Source of the DNA: Trichoplax adhaerens
Taxonomy: Eukaryota; Animalia; Placozoa
Assembly: GCF_000150275.1 (NCBI RefSeq)
Contig: NW_002060957.1
Coordinates: 1,538,445-1,602,444, forward strand
Length of the DNA stretch: 64,000 bases
Direction of reading: 5' to 3'
Part shown: in pieces, positions 25,895 through 40,467 of the stretch
Numbering within the stretch: position 1 is the stretch's first letter
Layout: each line of letters begins with the position of its first letter
Notes under the pieces: model-generated
What the model was told of the DNA's origin: nothing
The model's database searches: none
What the model saw: the letters and a program-made list of their open reading frames with translations, nothing else
Program-made: the position numbers and the translations under genes

Positions 25895-28800
25895 ATGGCA
25901 ATGATGAAAACGATTCACTGGTTCAAACCGTTGATTCTGTTGATATTGGTGGCTTATCCAGCCATGTGTGTGGTATGGCCGATGCCTCAAATGATGTCAA
26001 CAACCTCGACTGTACTCACAATTAATTCAAAAAAATTTACCTTTCAATCGAGCAGCAAGAGCGATATATTACATCAGGCATTCGAAAGATACATGAATAT
26101 AAGCTTCATTCCATTAGGGAAACAAATTCAACCACAACTTTCGGAATCTTTCAACGTTACTGCTAGTAGTGGTAGTCTTACCAGTTTGAAAGTAAACGTC
26201 CATAGTTCAAAGGAAGAATTAAATCTGGATTCTGTGGAAAACTGTAATGATTGATTTTGGAATTGATTCGATTCAACGTTTACTCTCTTTATTCAATGTC
26301 GATGTGTTTATCATTGTTTCATACAGTAGTGTGGTGTATTGATGATGAACAGCGAATTACAGTTAATACTGTGCGTGTGTACAGTATGAGTAGTACCTGT
26401 ACAGTACATTAATAGGAGTCCACACGACGCCCATGCCAATAACTTCGATCTTTTATTAAGTTAATTCACTAATGCCTGATACTTATTTCTGATCGTAGAT
26501 ACTTTGACGGTAACGGCAAAAGGAGCTACATTAGATGCTGACGAAGTTTGGGGAGCTCTAAGAGGTAGTACAGCTAGAAAGCTGTCCAACATAACATAAA
26601 AATATCCACGCCATAGCTAACTCTTAAAATGGGGAATGAAACGATTTTAAGGCTAAACAAGATTATCTTTTTGTAGGATTGGAAACTTTTAGTCAACTTG
26701 TTGAACCTACTGAATCGGGCATGGTAAGTTTAGCTATTCTTAAGTAGTTTTACAACTATTCATGGCTTCATGCTGTAGTGGAGGCTTCGCTTTTAACATC
26801 TCTTCAAGACTTTGTAATACGTTATATACTGTACTTAATATTTACGCGTAATATGAGTTAATGTGATTTTTGGGGATCTGAATGTTAGTTCCAGATTAAC
26901 GAAACTAAAGTTATCGACTTTCCTCGATTTAAACACCGTGGTATGCTTGTCGATACAGCAAGACATTTCTTGGATATGGAAGTACTTTACGAACATATTG
27001 TAAGTTTACGTTAGATCTAGGACGCTCATTGATGACATTTAGGAACCGATAAAGATGAATTGATGAAAAATGTTTCTAATTACTACTATTGAAACCATTT
27101 AACTAAGCTTCTTTTCAAAAGACATAGCTAACCGGTCAATTTTTCCACATAGGATGCTATGGCTTATAATAAGTATAACGTATTTCACTGGCATATCGTT
27201 GACGACGAATCCTTCCCATATGATTCAAAAGTCTTACCAGAAGTTACGGCAAAGGTAGGCTGTCAATATTTTATTGATAAGGTTGAGTCGTTTGTTACTG
27301 TACGCAATTTATCAAATAAAGTATTTTGATTGGTTTGAGCTAAATGGTATTATTTTCTTCATCAGCAATGATTAATATTCTACGGTATAAAAACATGCTA
27401 TTTACATTTGTCAATTAGGGATCCTTTAATCCTAAAACCCATGTTTATACTGCTGATGATATTACCAAAATTATCAAGTACTGTAGATATCGTGGTCTAA
27501 GAGTAATTCCTGAATTTGATACTCCGGTAAGCACTGACATGAATCTGTATTAGATAGCCCAGCGAAGTAGTATACATTTAAAATGTTTACATTTAATAAA
27601 TAACATTCTTTAAAACAGGGACATACTCGATGTTGGGGTCGAAGTAAGCCAAACCTTTTAACAAAGTGTTACACTGGATTTTTGCCTAACGGGTATGTCA
27701 GGGCCACTTCCTTTATTAGTTTATGACAGTGGACTCCGTTTATTATATAATCATAGTTTGGACATGAGCTATTTTGCTCTTTTGAGAATAACCAAAATAC
27801 AACATGTTGGTTATCTCAAAGAGAAAATCGGAACATGCTGGCTTTCTGGAACTAATAGTCTTATTTCATTCAACAGCAAAACTGGCCCAATCAATCCTAT
27901 ATTTCCTGAGAATTACGAATTCATGAAAACTTTATTGTCTGAAGTTCATAAGAGATTTACTGATAAATATATCCATCTAGGTGGTGATGAAGTCTTACTT
28001 AATTGCTGGTTTGTATGCATGAAAGATACGTACTGTTTAGACTTTGATAGTGCATATAGCAATGTCGGTGACTACAAATATTTTTGCAAACGCAAATTTT
28101 ATAATATAGGAAAAGTAACCCTGATGTTAGAAACTGGATGGTAGAGAAAGGATTAGGCAATAATATTTCTCTATTGGAATCCTACTACGAGTCCAGGTGC
28201 TGTTCATAGGAATAATGCATTTTATGCTAATGCATAGATAACATAGATATGTTATACAATCTGAATATGGTCTCATAAAATTTTTTCTTAACGTGAACAG
28301 ATTGTTGGGAATTGCTTCCAATTTAGGCTATGACTACATTATTTGGCAGTCTGTTGTAGATAACAACGTGAAGGTACAACCCCTCGCATCTCATCTTGCC
28401 GAAGTGTTATTATCCTGTATTGTAGCAAGCGTAAATAATAATTTCTTAATTATTTACAGGTAATGCCGTCTACGGTAGTCAACGTTTACAAAGGCGGATT
28501 TCCAGCTGAATTAGATAGGGTAACAAAGAGAAATTTTACTACTATCTTATCTTCATGTTGGTACTTGGATATTTACGCTTACGGACCTGACTGGAAGAGG
28601 GTATGATTTATTAGTTAGAAATTTTCTACAGAATCCTGATATTTTGTTAAATTTTGTTGATATTTTACAATCTAATAAACTATTCGAATATAATATATAT
28701 AGTACTATAGTTGCGAGCCCTTTTCTTTTAATGGTACTCAAAAACAATACGACCTAATCATTGGCGGCGAATCTTGTATTTGGACCGAATACGTTGACGA

Positions 28801-28996
28801 TACCAATCTAATATCCCGCGTATGGCCGCGGGCAAGTGGAACTGCTGAACGACTATGGAGTGCCAAAAATGTGAACAGCATCGCATTAGCTACACCAAGA
28901 ATACATGATTTTAGATGTAAAATTCTAATTAGACGAGGTATTCGAGCTGAGCCAGTTACCGGTCCAGGATTTTGCGAGTATGAATTTGGAATGTAA
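25895..28996 (+). CDS. Lysosomal beta-N-acetylhexosaminidase subunit (GH20; HEXA/HEXB co-ortholog), about 12 exons
   Basis: Signal peptide followed by [70 protein letters not shown], catalytic [18 protein letters not shown] and [13 protein letters not shown]; stop TAA at 28994-28996. Confidence 0.96.
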
Positions 28997-31900
28997 ATGA
29001 GTGAAGGCTGCTATTTACTATGGACATTGAATACCTGACCATATAATTCATATTAATTGATAACTTTTCTTAAATGATTTCGTTACTTTCAGTGATCTAT
29101 TATGTTTATTCTCAGATATGATGTTCATTTTCTAAGCAAAGATAGTTTTTAAATGTCAAGTTAGTGATTTTTTAAATTGTACCATATTTAGTTTCATTTT
29201 TGGAATGGCTGTGATTACCTACGATGGTAACTGACGGTTGTTTTAATGTAATGATATTTGGTGGATAATGTACTAAAATATATCTTATTTTATCACTCGA
29301 ATTGCATGCTCAACAATTGAAAATAACAAGTTTCTCTAATACAAAGATTGAAGACATTAGCTCAGTAACCCTTAAAAACTTGCGAAATTGATACTGATTT
29401 CATATAGCTAAAGTAGTTTCCAGATTGTGTGCGATAGCCAAATCTTGCTAACTGCAACGTTTTGTATGGCTATATCATGTTCTCCCTTCTATCAGAATCA
29501 ATTAATTATCGCTTTTAAGCGCTCGAATACTTACTCTGCATTGCAACAGTGGAATATAGATTGACAACGATGGTGATAGCATGCCGACTCCTATATTATC
29601 GCTGTGTATGCTAGCTATACTAAAAGTAATTACCTAACAAAGGAGGCTAGGCTATGACTCGGTCTGAAAGCTGTTAATCTCTTGATTACCCTTAGTTGTA
29701 TAGGAGAAATATACTAGTGCTCATTAATAATTATGTTATTAATAGGTATAGCATGCCCAACGTATCTCTTTAAAATAATAGCGAATATTATAAGCAAAAG
29801 GCAATAATTTAGCTATACAACTAGTTGCGCTCTTACATGAGGTGGTATAGTAGTAATGTAATTTAAGTAACAAATATAAGGTGCGGCCTTAGTATATTTT
29901 ACCTTTTGACTTGATAAACTTGACAGAAATAACTCAACACGTTGCAACTATACTGTTCACAGTCGAATACTACATCGAAAACGGGATGAGCAACAGTATT
30001 ACAGAATAACTTCTGTGTAGCTGTCGTAACATAATTTATCCGACAACTTATCTAAGAATGTGTTGATAGTAACTTAGCTATGACGTTTCACATATTTTTG
30101 ATAGATAACGGTATAGTTATATAATGTAATCCATCAAATGATAATTAATCGCACTAGTTATACTGTACTGTACTGTTTATGTAGACTTACTATAAATTGA
30201 CTGGCTTCTCAATAACTTTAGGTTTTACTGTAGTTTTGTCTAAGAGAGACTAATGGGGTCACTCTTTCTCTAGACGATTGGAGATCGTCAGTATTTAGAG
30301 GCGCACTGTAGCCAAATATTAGGGAGGACAACCCTGACAGTAGACTCGTAGTGCTGTAGTAGCTTAATTTTCTCCTGTTACAAATTTTGTGTAACAGCAA
30401 CATAACAACTACATTTTCTTATTTATCGACCAAGATTGGACTAATCACTATGCATATACTCGTATGGTAGCTACATGTTAAAGATGCGTAATGCATTCTA
30501 TTCTACTGATGGCGTAAAATAAATAGCAAAAGAAATATTTGTCGAACCTGATAGCTTGCTATTTTCAATAGACTAAGTCATATACTAGATAAGTTAGTTA
30601 ATTACTTCAACTATATTACAGCAAATTGCATTTCATTTTGCTGACAAAACGAATACTAATTGATCATTTTTAATACTTAAAAAACTGCTGTTCTCAATAG
30701 GTTAGTCTGACGGTTACTACATACTACTGACACTTACTTTTGCATAATTTGCTGCACACGACAATCTAAACCTTTATTATTGTAAGCAGTGGTAGGCATG
30801 AGTTGACGTATTCTGGTGGTATATGTTTTTAATTCATTCGGTTAATGACATAATGAACTTATTAATTTATGTCACTTGCTATGTCACTAGCTCTGACTGC
30901 TACTTGCCTTAAGTCAAATTTCGAAATATCATTTTCACGTCATAACGTAAATCAATTTTAGAAGAATTTCAAAAATCAAATCTACAAATACAACAGTATT
31001 TGGAAATACTATAAAATGCAATTTTCGATGTACAGTTTTGAAAAAATTGGATAGTGAAACATGGCATTTACGAGAATTCACTTTATAATAAACCTTATGT
31101 TCTTGTCTAATTTTTTTAGCACTATACAATCGAGTATACTGAATTCATGAACTTTATTTTAAGTCAAAAGATTATGCACGCGCACACAACGTGTATGTGA
31201 ATTGCTTATATTTGATTATAATTATATAATTATCATTCACTAAATAAAATATAAACAAATGGTATTATAATTTATTTACAGTGCTCTGTCGACTTGATGC
31301 ATCATTCAATTGTGAGCTACCTATCGCACACTAAGAAGGGATTCATACATGGTCTGATAACCTAGCTCTGAATTTTGCTAAGTGTAATGCGTTGTGTAGT
31401 ATACGTTCTCGTTCATTTGAACGGGTACTCGATTAGTATCTACTAATTGTGCAAACATAAGTGGGTAAGATTACACTTTTATATGAGTAGAAAGAAAATA
31501 AAAGTTCGCGTATTTAGAAGCGGACATTGAATAAATACCGCTGACCTAAAATAATTATTGCATATGATACTTTACCAAGCAGCATCTGCTATAAAATACT
31601 AATGTAAATGTACATGCGTACACTGTTGCTTATTACACTGTGCATTGTTTTCACACTGTTAAGAATCTTTTGAATCTGTTATGAGCATTTTCAGTTTAGA
31701 ATTTCCATTCAAAGATAGCGTTGGTGTCTTTAAGACATAAATTATATCACTATCAAAATTAGAATTGTTACTGAAAGACTCCAGAATATTCGAGTATTCC
31801 ATCTTTCATCGCTGCAATCCTTTAGCACATCGGATTGGTTAAATTAAAATAGTTGTGATTCTATTTCCTAATAGAAAATATCTGTAAAGCATACTATCTA

Positions 31901-34900
31901 AATAGACTAGGCACTATTTAAAATATTCCAAGTTTAACCTGCAGTTTTTATGGTATGGCTATAGCACCCCGTAAGATCTAATGTTTATGATATTTCAGAC
32001 CAACCTTATTATCGAGTTATTATTAATTTTAATCTCTTAAACGATTTAGTGGAACTGATTCTCTAGGTCTTAATTGATCGTTAATTGATTTATATTAATT
32101 AAGGTTGTTTACTGTTAGATTCTGTAATATGTTATATTATAAATTTACCTCTCATTCTAATACTAATATAAGTAAATTGTACAACCGGCACATTTTAACA
32201 ATGCTCCATTAGTTTATGGCAAATGTATATAAGCCAGTGTAACATTTTAGTTGACTAATTACTATCTCTTAGTCGTATACAAAGGTTTATACTTTTGTTT
32301 ACACTTAGAATAAAGACTCAAAAGCTAAACAAACTTCTAGCCGCATATAGTGCTGTGTCACAGTAGTTAGTCTAATTCGCAGCATTAATTTATCTCCATA
32401 GTTAGTAGGAGCTCGTTAAGTAGCCAGTAAAATAGTTTAGTCGATTACAAAGACGACCTTGTGACAGTAACATTAAAATTAGATAAATCGTTTAGGAATG
32501 AATTGTCGAATTGAAGTGAAATAGCTGAGCCAAAATATTTTAACAGTAAGCATAGCCTCTGCTAAACGCAATCAATTTAGTTGACAAACTCATTCATTGA
32601 ATTTTATTTAGAACTTACAATCTTACTAACGAAATAGAATTTGATCACCCCAAACTACTATTTTACCCCGGCGGCAGCTGAATTGCTTCCATTTAATAAA
32701 AGTAAATCATTACCAAAGTTGAAATAGATATCCACAGCGTTAAAAACTGTATTGCAAACGAAGCGAACTTAAATACTATTAATAGATTAACGGTAAATTG
32801 CAGCCTATTGATAAATTTAAGGTTGACTAGATTTCTTTTTAAACGCTGCTTTAATCTTAACCTTAACCCACGCGACTTCTTCCTAAGTCATCATATTATT
32901 CGATGGTAAGGTAGGCTAAAAAGTTCGAATTAGCTTCCAATATGATTAAAGAAGCTTTTATTTTCTTAGTTAATATTTGCTTGATTAATGATTGTTACGA
33001 AATCAATTACAAGATTACTGTCATGATAACATTCTCGCAGTGTCGTAAACTGCAATTAATCTTTTAGTTTTACAGCATCAGTAGCTCTAATGTTTTACAT
33101 GAACTAATTATGTTGTCTTTTACGCGCAATACTTTAATTCAATCATCTTGGTTAGGCAGTTATATAATAGAACAATAAAAAGTAAAAGTAGAAACAACAA
33201 TAATGAATCCGTTATCTTAATTTAATTAATGATGTTTAAACAGTAACAACAAATTCTCCTTCCCTAGAAAAAGACTAAGAATTAATTCCCGTAAATCTAA
33301 TTGGCTTTTACAGTCCTTTATGGAACATCAATAGAATAAAATAATCATTTTATCCAGAAGCAATAAAGCCATACACGAAATTCGATTACTATTAAGAATC
33401 AACACTAAATCTCATTTCGCGAAAAGATGCTAGTAGTATCTATCATTGTACTGTATGTCTACCTTAGATTATTTCTATTTCATAATAGAGCTACATTGGA
33501 AACAATTTTGTAAAAATTAATATTATACTACATCAGTAAAAATATTAGATTCCATTAATCGGTTACTAAATTTATTAAAATATAATATTGGCCATGATAT
33601 TATACGTATACCTAATTTGCCAAAATCAGTTAGAAAAACTGAATATTTAATAAATCTAAAGTGAATCTCTACATTTACATGAACTTCGATATCGTAATAC
33701 AGTTCAAATAATATATTTTACGTAACCATAATCTAGCAAATTGGTAAATAGCAAAGATAGCCAAATTCAATATTGTATATCAATATTAATTCAGAATTAA
33801 TTCGGGCATAATTCTATCGATTGCCATAATGCTTTACTGTAACATTGCTATAAAATATCGATGAAACATAAATAAAACGGAATTACTTAAGCAGTCTAAT
33901 TCTAAAATTAAGATAAAACTAGCATAAATATCTGTAGAATCAATTTAGCGCATAAATATTTGCTTTCATTAATCAAAATGTTAATCCTGATAATAATGAA
34001 GTAGTTTCAAATTGCGAAAAAATGAAGGATAAATGGCGAATGGATATGCGCTTTCGAAGATTCGATATAAATGTAAAGCGTCATAAAATGCCCGATCGAG
34101 CCTTAATGAAATAATTTCGCATAGGTTTTCCTCCAGCTAGATAATAGAACCTAATTGGTCTAATTACCATTCTTATATAATCAGTAACCCATTGTCTTGT
34201 CTTTTGTATTGATGGATCGCTTATGTCCATTTATCTATAACCGTTAATTCTGCAGGTGTTTCAATTCCTCTAATTTTCTCTGTCGTAGATTGGAATATTA
34301 ATCAATTTAATGGAATGAACTGTTAACACAACTAGAAAGACCAAATACTGATGGTTAAAAGCAAGCTAGTTGAATTCATAATGCTAATTTAATCGTAAAT
34401 TTTAGCAATCATTTAATTCTATACAGTATCAAAATGATTGTAGTCTATTCAATACATTATCATTAGCTATTCATCTTTATTCTATTCAAGCTTGTAATTT
34501 TCTCCTCATTACCCCACCTTCATCCTTCATATGAAATGTAAAAAATGCCGGAAAGACGGAAATGAATCAAGACACAGTTGCGATACTATAACTTATCATA
34601 TTATGATATATAGAAGAGGATCAAAATAGTTTTCCCGATTTGAAATATTGATATTTGCTGGAAAAAACAATACTTCTGTGTCCCAAATCGGTACGATTTA
34701 TTACAATTGTTGTTGAATTCACCTTATTAAATTAGCTGTGTTTTATTAATTTCTAGTAAAAAAAATCGAAGATGACAAAAGTACTATTTGTTATCAAATA
34801 ATGATAACTTTTAATACTATCTAAGTCATCAAAACCTGTATCTGGTAGTTGTCATGTGTACTTCCATTATATTTAACCCTTCGGAAAGGAAAACATTTAA

Positions 34901-37900
34901 TTAATACGCTTGTTAAGTATTGCAACTTTCCTGCAATTATTTTGCAATCCTTATTCTCTGATCAAAGTACTGTAAGCTCCTTGTAGAATTAGACGAATCT
35001 GATTCTAAATCGTTATAAATTTACTGGCATCTATTAACTAATATTTTACGCCCTAATCCTTAAATCTAGTAAAACTTGATTATATTTATAGTAGTGAAGA
35101 TCTTAGGAATATCGCATATAATGTAATCGTTAACACACTGCAGTAACATTACCTGTAAATTTTAGTTATAGAACTTCACCAATATTTTTATAATTATCTT
35201 CCTCCTTATAGCAATTAGAAATCAGCACACAATCTTATTCAATTAATTTATAACTAGCGTCAATCAAAATGATTATTTTATGATTATTTCGCAATTCATT
35301 GATCAGTTCCAATGATTATATGCAGCAAATATGACTATTATAGAATTGGATGTAATATGCTTCATACCATCGTAGCACTTACCGGTGCCTAATGGCTAAA
35401 ACTTCTTAATTGCAATGGATATGTCGTTAATATCAGTTACAGTATTCGGATTTAAAAGATAATTATTTCTTATTTCATATTTTACACCGGCAAGAATTGA
35501 AGAAAATCGTACGCCTAATAAATCCAAGGGGCATTTCAATTGCCATCAAAGCTTAGCCAAGAACACAATCTTTGTTCATATAAGCTTCCCTTCATTGCAA
35601 TTTTAAATTATTACTGTTAATTGTCCAAAAATTTATGGAGTCAATTATATAAATATAGGCATTTATCGGCAAAATTTTAATAAAAACAACTCAGGTTTCG
35701 TAAATAAAGGCTACACTAAAAGGCTTACTTTAATGAATTGCAACGGATTTTATTTTGATTGCATGTTATTTCACATAATACTCATAAATCAATAACGTTC
35801 AACACATCATCAAATTTTTCATCTTCTCGTATAGTCATTATTTGGTCAGCTTATAGAGCCTTGCTAGATATAAATAGCTATTCCAGTAAATCTCATTTCT
35901 GTTATCAAATTTCTTATGAAGTATTCGTCAAATTACGGATATTCATCCTTACTTCTTAGCAAAATAGCGATGTCAGTAAACTTATCAATCTTCTCCATAC
36001 TCATATATAAGGCCAATAGAAATAATGGTGAGAAAATCTATGGTCATACTGCGATATTACCTCTGAAATCTTTAGTCTTAAAGCTACACCTCTGCAGAGA
36101 TGAATATAGAGAATCTAAATTGCAGAAATCATAGGTGACTTAAAAACAATTTATAAAAAAATCAAGATTTAACATTTGTGTTGACCAATTTACGTCAACT
36201 CTTTTGATTTTTTTTACCTTGAGTTTTAGTACTACACTAACGGACTAGTCTGCTACCTAGTTATCTCATCTTGCTTATAAGAATATTATTAATGCTATAT
36301 CAAACCTATTGATGCTATTTCATAACAAATCAGTAAGCTGATTTAGCTCATGTCCTTCTTAGGATGTGTTGATATTAAATCTAATATAGCTAACCCAGAA
36401 TAATGATTGTTAACATACAAGTTAACAATCCAAATTTTATTTTTCTCTTTCAAATATGCCTAAGTAACACATTTTTTGCAATTTTATTACAAATTTGAAA
36501 TATTTAGATTTACAATCCAGTGATAATTAAATGCTTTCTTTAGCATACTCATGTAGTGACAATTTATCACCGATGGCTGTGATACTTATAAACGATTGCT
36601 TACATTGTCTTTTTTTAAGAACTGATATTTTTCTATCGTAGTTACAATTTTTCCATGTCACAGAACAAACAGAACAATATAAAGAACGGAAAGTGAAATC
36701 GATTTGTTATCATGCAAATAATTATGTATCTCCCTTATGCACGTAATTATCAATTTTCATTGAAACCATTGAATTGGAATTCACCATGTTTAGAACTATA
36801 TTAGGATATTACATTCGAACTCAAATGGATTAGATGGAAATTGCTTTCCGCATTTCTGCATAATTTCGTTAATAAAATGATTTTGCATCAGTAAAATTAT
36901 AAGAATTTTTAATCTTCACTTAATATGAAATCACTTATTTCACTAAAGTACTTTTTTATCAATTCGAAACTTTCCGTTAACACTAATCTGTTTTCATTGA
37001 TTTTGAGTTTGATTGCAGTATCACAGTACATAGCTCCTTAGAGTTTTATTTTAATCTATTTTACGTTATAAAGAAATTAGAACTTCTTTATATAAATTCT
37101 GCAAAATTTGTCCAACTCTGTGGCCGTAAATCATTCCTATATTAAATGGTAGCAACAATTACAGTTTCTTAATCAATCATGATATACTGCATATTGTTTC
37201 CTTTATCATTTTTGTTATAATTTCAAATCAAAACAAATTTTATTAGGGCTACTTCATCCTTTATTATAATAAAATAACCCAACGATAAAAATGTTTATTA
37301 ATTCCACGTTGAAATATATTGTTGATCTATATTATATGCTATAAGATAACTAACTACCTAATTTTACGGTTATTTTGAGCTATTATTGGTGTAATAACGC
37401 TTTAAAAACATTTATTACGCTATTTGGAAACTGGTAAATTATTCTAAGGCCATATTTTAACAGCATGTGCAAAATAACTAAAATAAACCAATTCAAACAA
37501 TTCTGTTTTTGAGCTGAATTTGTACTGAATTATAACTATTACTATTGCTAGGTTTATTTTAATTGAAGCCGTTGTCATGTACTTGATTAGTGATATATAC
37601 ATGGTTATTCTATAGCAGTTAGTAGCTGGTAATGAACGTAATGATTAATATGGAATTATGAATACTATTACATGTACTACTGGTACCTTAACTTAACACC
37701 ATGCATTGCAGTTATTGCAAAAATCTCTGCCAACTGAAAATAAGGACTCTTTTCTACTCTTTGCAGAATAGATTTATTTTATATAACAATGCCATAAAAT
37801 GAAAGTTCTATTTTTAGTCGATGCAAAATTTTTTCTACCTCTAGTTATTTGAAGCAGCTGGCATTTTGATAAGAATAGCTAGTAGCAAATTCTGCGAATA

Positions 37901-40467
37901 GAGTTTATTCAATCAATCATCATGGTCAAGTTAAGCCGGCCAAGGCGAATATATACTATAATGTTGACCGTATTCATGAAGACTTCACCTAGTTGCAGTG
38001 AACAAGTGCAGTAAGTGTAAGAATTAATGAGGGTGGAGAGAAGGACGGCAACAATAGCTTCTGGCGAATACAATTCTCTAAGCAAAATGAAGAATAAAGT
38101 TCTACTGCAATCACTAAAAAAAATCAATGCTGGTTTAGCAGATTTTGTCAAATACTAAATTCAATATACAGCAAAAAAATTAACATTAATACATACGATG
38201 CAAGCTTTTAGACTGTTTCCTATAACTCTCTTCACATTCTACCAACAGCCGCTTCCATCCAAATTAGATCAAGGTTTGGCTTTGTTCTTAAGTATTTAAT
38301 AATTTGTTAATTGTTCTTTTAATACAAAGAAATAGCTGTCAGTCACAATCTTATTAACGATTGCATTTAGGTAAAACTTGAACAAACCAAATCTGTAATT
38401 GCTATATTCTTACGAAATTCCATTATTTAGTATTATTTCAGCATGATGGGCTGCTTTTAATAATGTTTAGACTATTAAAATGATAGTATTTTAGCTTCGA
38501 TTAAAGCAGCTGTAAGATGAAGACATTTGAAAGCTTTTCGTCAATCTGTCAATATTTATTGTCCATGCTAATAAAGCTTTCGTTTCCGCTATTGTGAATT
38601 CAACTAGTCAATTCCAGACGATTGTATTTAGCTGTGCTTGATCATCTAGTATAAGTGTATAATTCTTCAATTGTGTTGATCCACTTGAGCCAGATTTGAT
38701 AATTTATTCAATTACTACTTCAGAAATGTTAATTAATCTTCAATGATAATTGACTTGAATTAATGTAAACATCAATCGACAAATAGAACAGTCAATATGA
38801 CTATTTTCTATCTAATTTAAATCCGAACATTTTCTTTCAGGATGCTTTATTTTAAATAAGTTCAACCATATCATTACATGAAAGAAGCATACCTTGGCTG
38901 TACTACTAAAATTTTGTAACGACTACGAAGCATAACGTAGATAAAAATACTAAACAAAATATTACTGACAAGGTAGTTTGTTGTTTTTTCTAGTTCATAT
39001 TATTGATTATCTAATTATATCAATGAAACTTTAAAAATAGAATTAAATTGAAATTCTAAACTGATTTGCTATTTAGATTTTCAAATCTATGAGAATACAA
39101 TTACTCTGTCTCATATTTTTCTTACAGGTAATGTTTTACCTATCCATCTTGACAAACATCGTATTCATACCTAGAACTTGTAACTTATTAGGTATCAGTA
39201 TATAGACAATAGCAATGGCAACAATGACGTAATACTTCAATTCAATGGATTTAAATCCTAGTGAATCGCCATAGTTTAATACAGTAACCAAATCTGTTTA
39301 AAGAAAGTATCATTTATTTGGCAACGGTAGTACAGTCTCATAAATGGCTTTGAATAGAGTAATTTGGTCATGGAAGTAATAAGCAATAATTATTACTTCA
39401 CGTAGATAGTTATAATTGAAAAATTTTGCTCATGACTTGTTCCATTTTATATCAACACCCCAAAATATTAAAATCAAGGCCTACGATAACAGCTATACGA
39501 TTGTGACCGTTACCCCACAAGGAAAATTTATGCCGCATTTTCAAAGTTAGAAAGAAGGGCTTTTTAAAATCTGTTTCTAATTACTGATGACCAGTCAACT
39601 TGATTGTTATTGACAAGATAGAGCATCAATCAACAAGAATTGATCGGTTATTATTTAATACGAAACATAACCAATTGGACGTGAAAGTGAAATGGTTGAA
39701 AATTTAGCAATATAACTCAGGATAACATAAATCTTTCAGCACATGGAATAATTCATCCATAACTAACATGTGTGCTATTATACCTAGTTTGCTAGACTAT
39801 TAAAGTGGATATTGTTACCTTAATTGTTATTGTTATTGCCAATCTTATCAAACAATTGTTGAGCTATTGAATTGGTGATTCTTTTATTATCTAATGACTT
39901 CTATTGTTTTTAGCTTAGCTAGTAAAAGAGACATCGCTGGAAATACTAATGAAATAAGGCCTTAATTGAATGCTTGAATGAGTTAATTACAGTAACTGCA
40001 TCGGCTATTTGTCATAATAACACCTGACAATTTCTGTTTCTGTCATGGAATAAAGTAGAGAAAGAGAGGCACATGTCTAAATTAATAAGAGACTATCAAT
40101 AGCAAGTAGGAATCGATCCAATCCAAAGAGATTTACAATAGCCAAATGGTAGCGGAGAATTATTCATGTTTCACAAAATAATAGTTGTCAATACAATTGA
40201 ACATGCTATTGACTTGAATGAGACAAAAAATTTCAATCGTAAATACAAGTGTTATTATAACGTTGAGGGTAAGCAACATGTATCGATTGCTATTGAAATT
40301 TATTGCGATGCCATTGAATTGTTGTTGGATTGATATTTGATGGTAGAAGACAGTATATTATTAGAGTCCACTTGAAATATTGTCATAATTGTTGTTTAAC
40401 TTTGGCAGAACAACCATCAAAAATTAGAAGACTTGGGACTTTTACTAGATTTTTATTAAAGTAAGTG

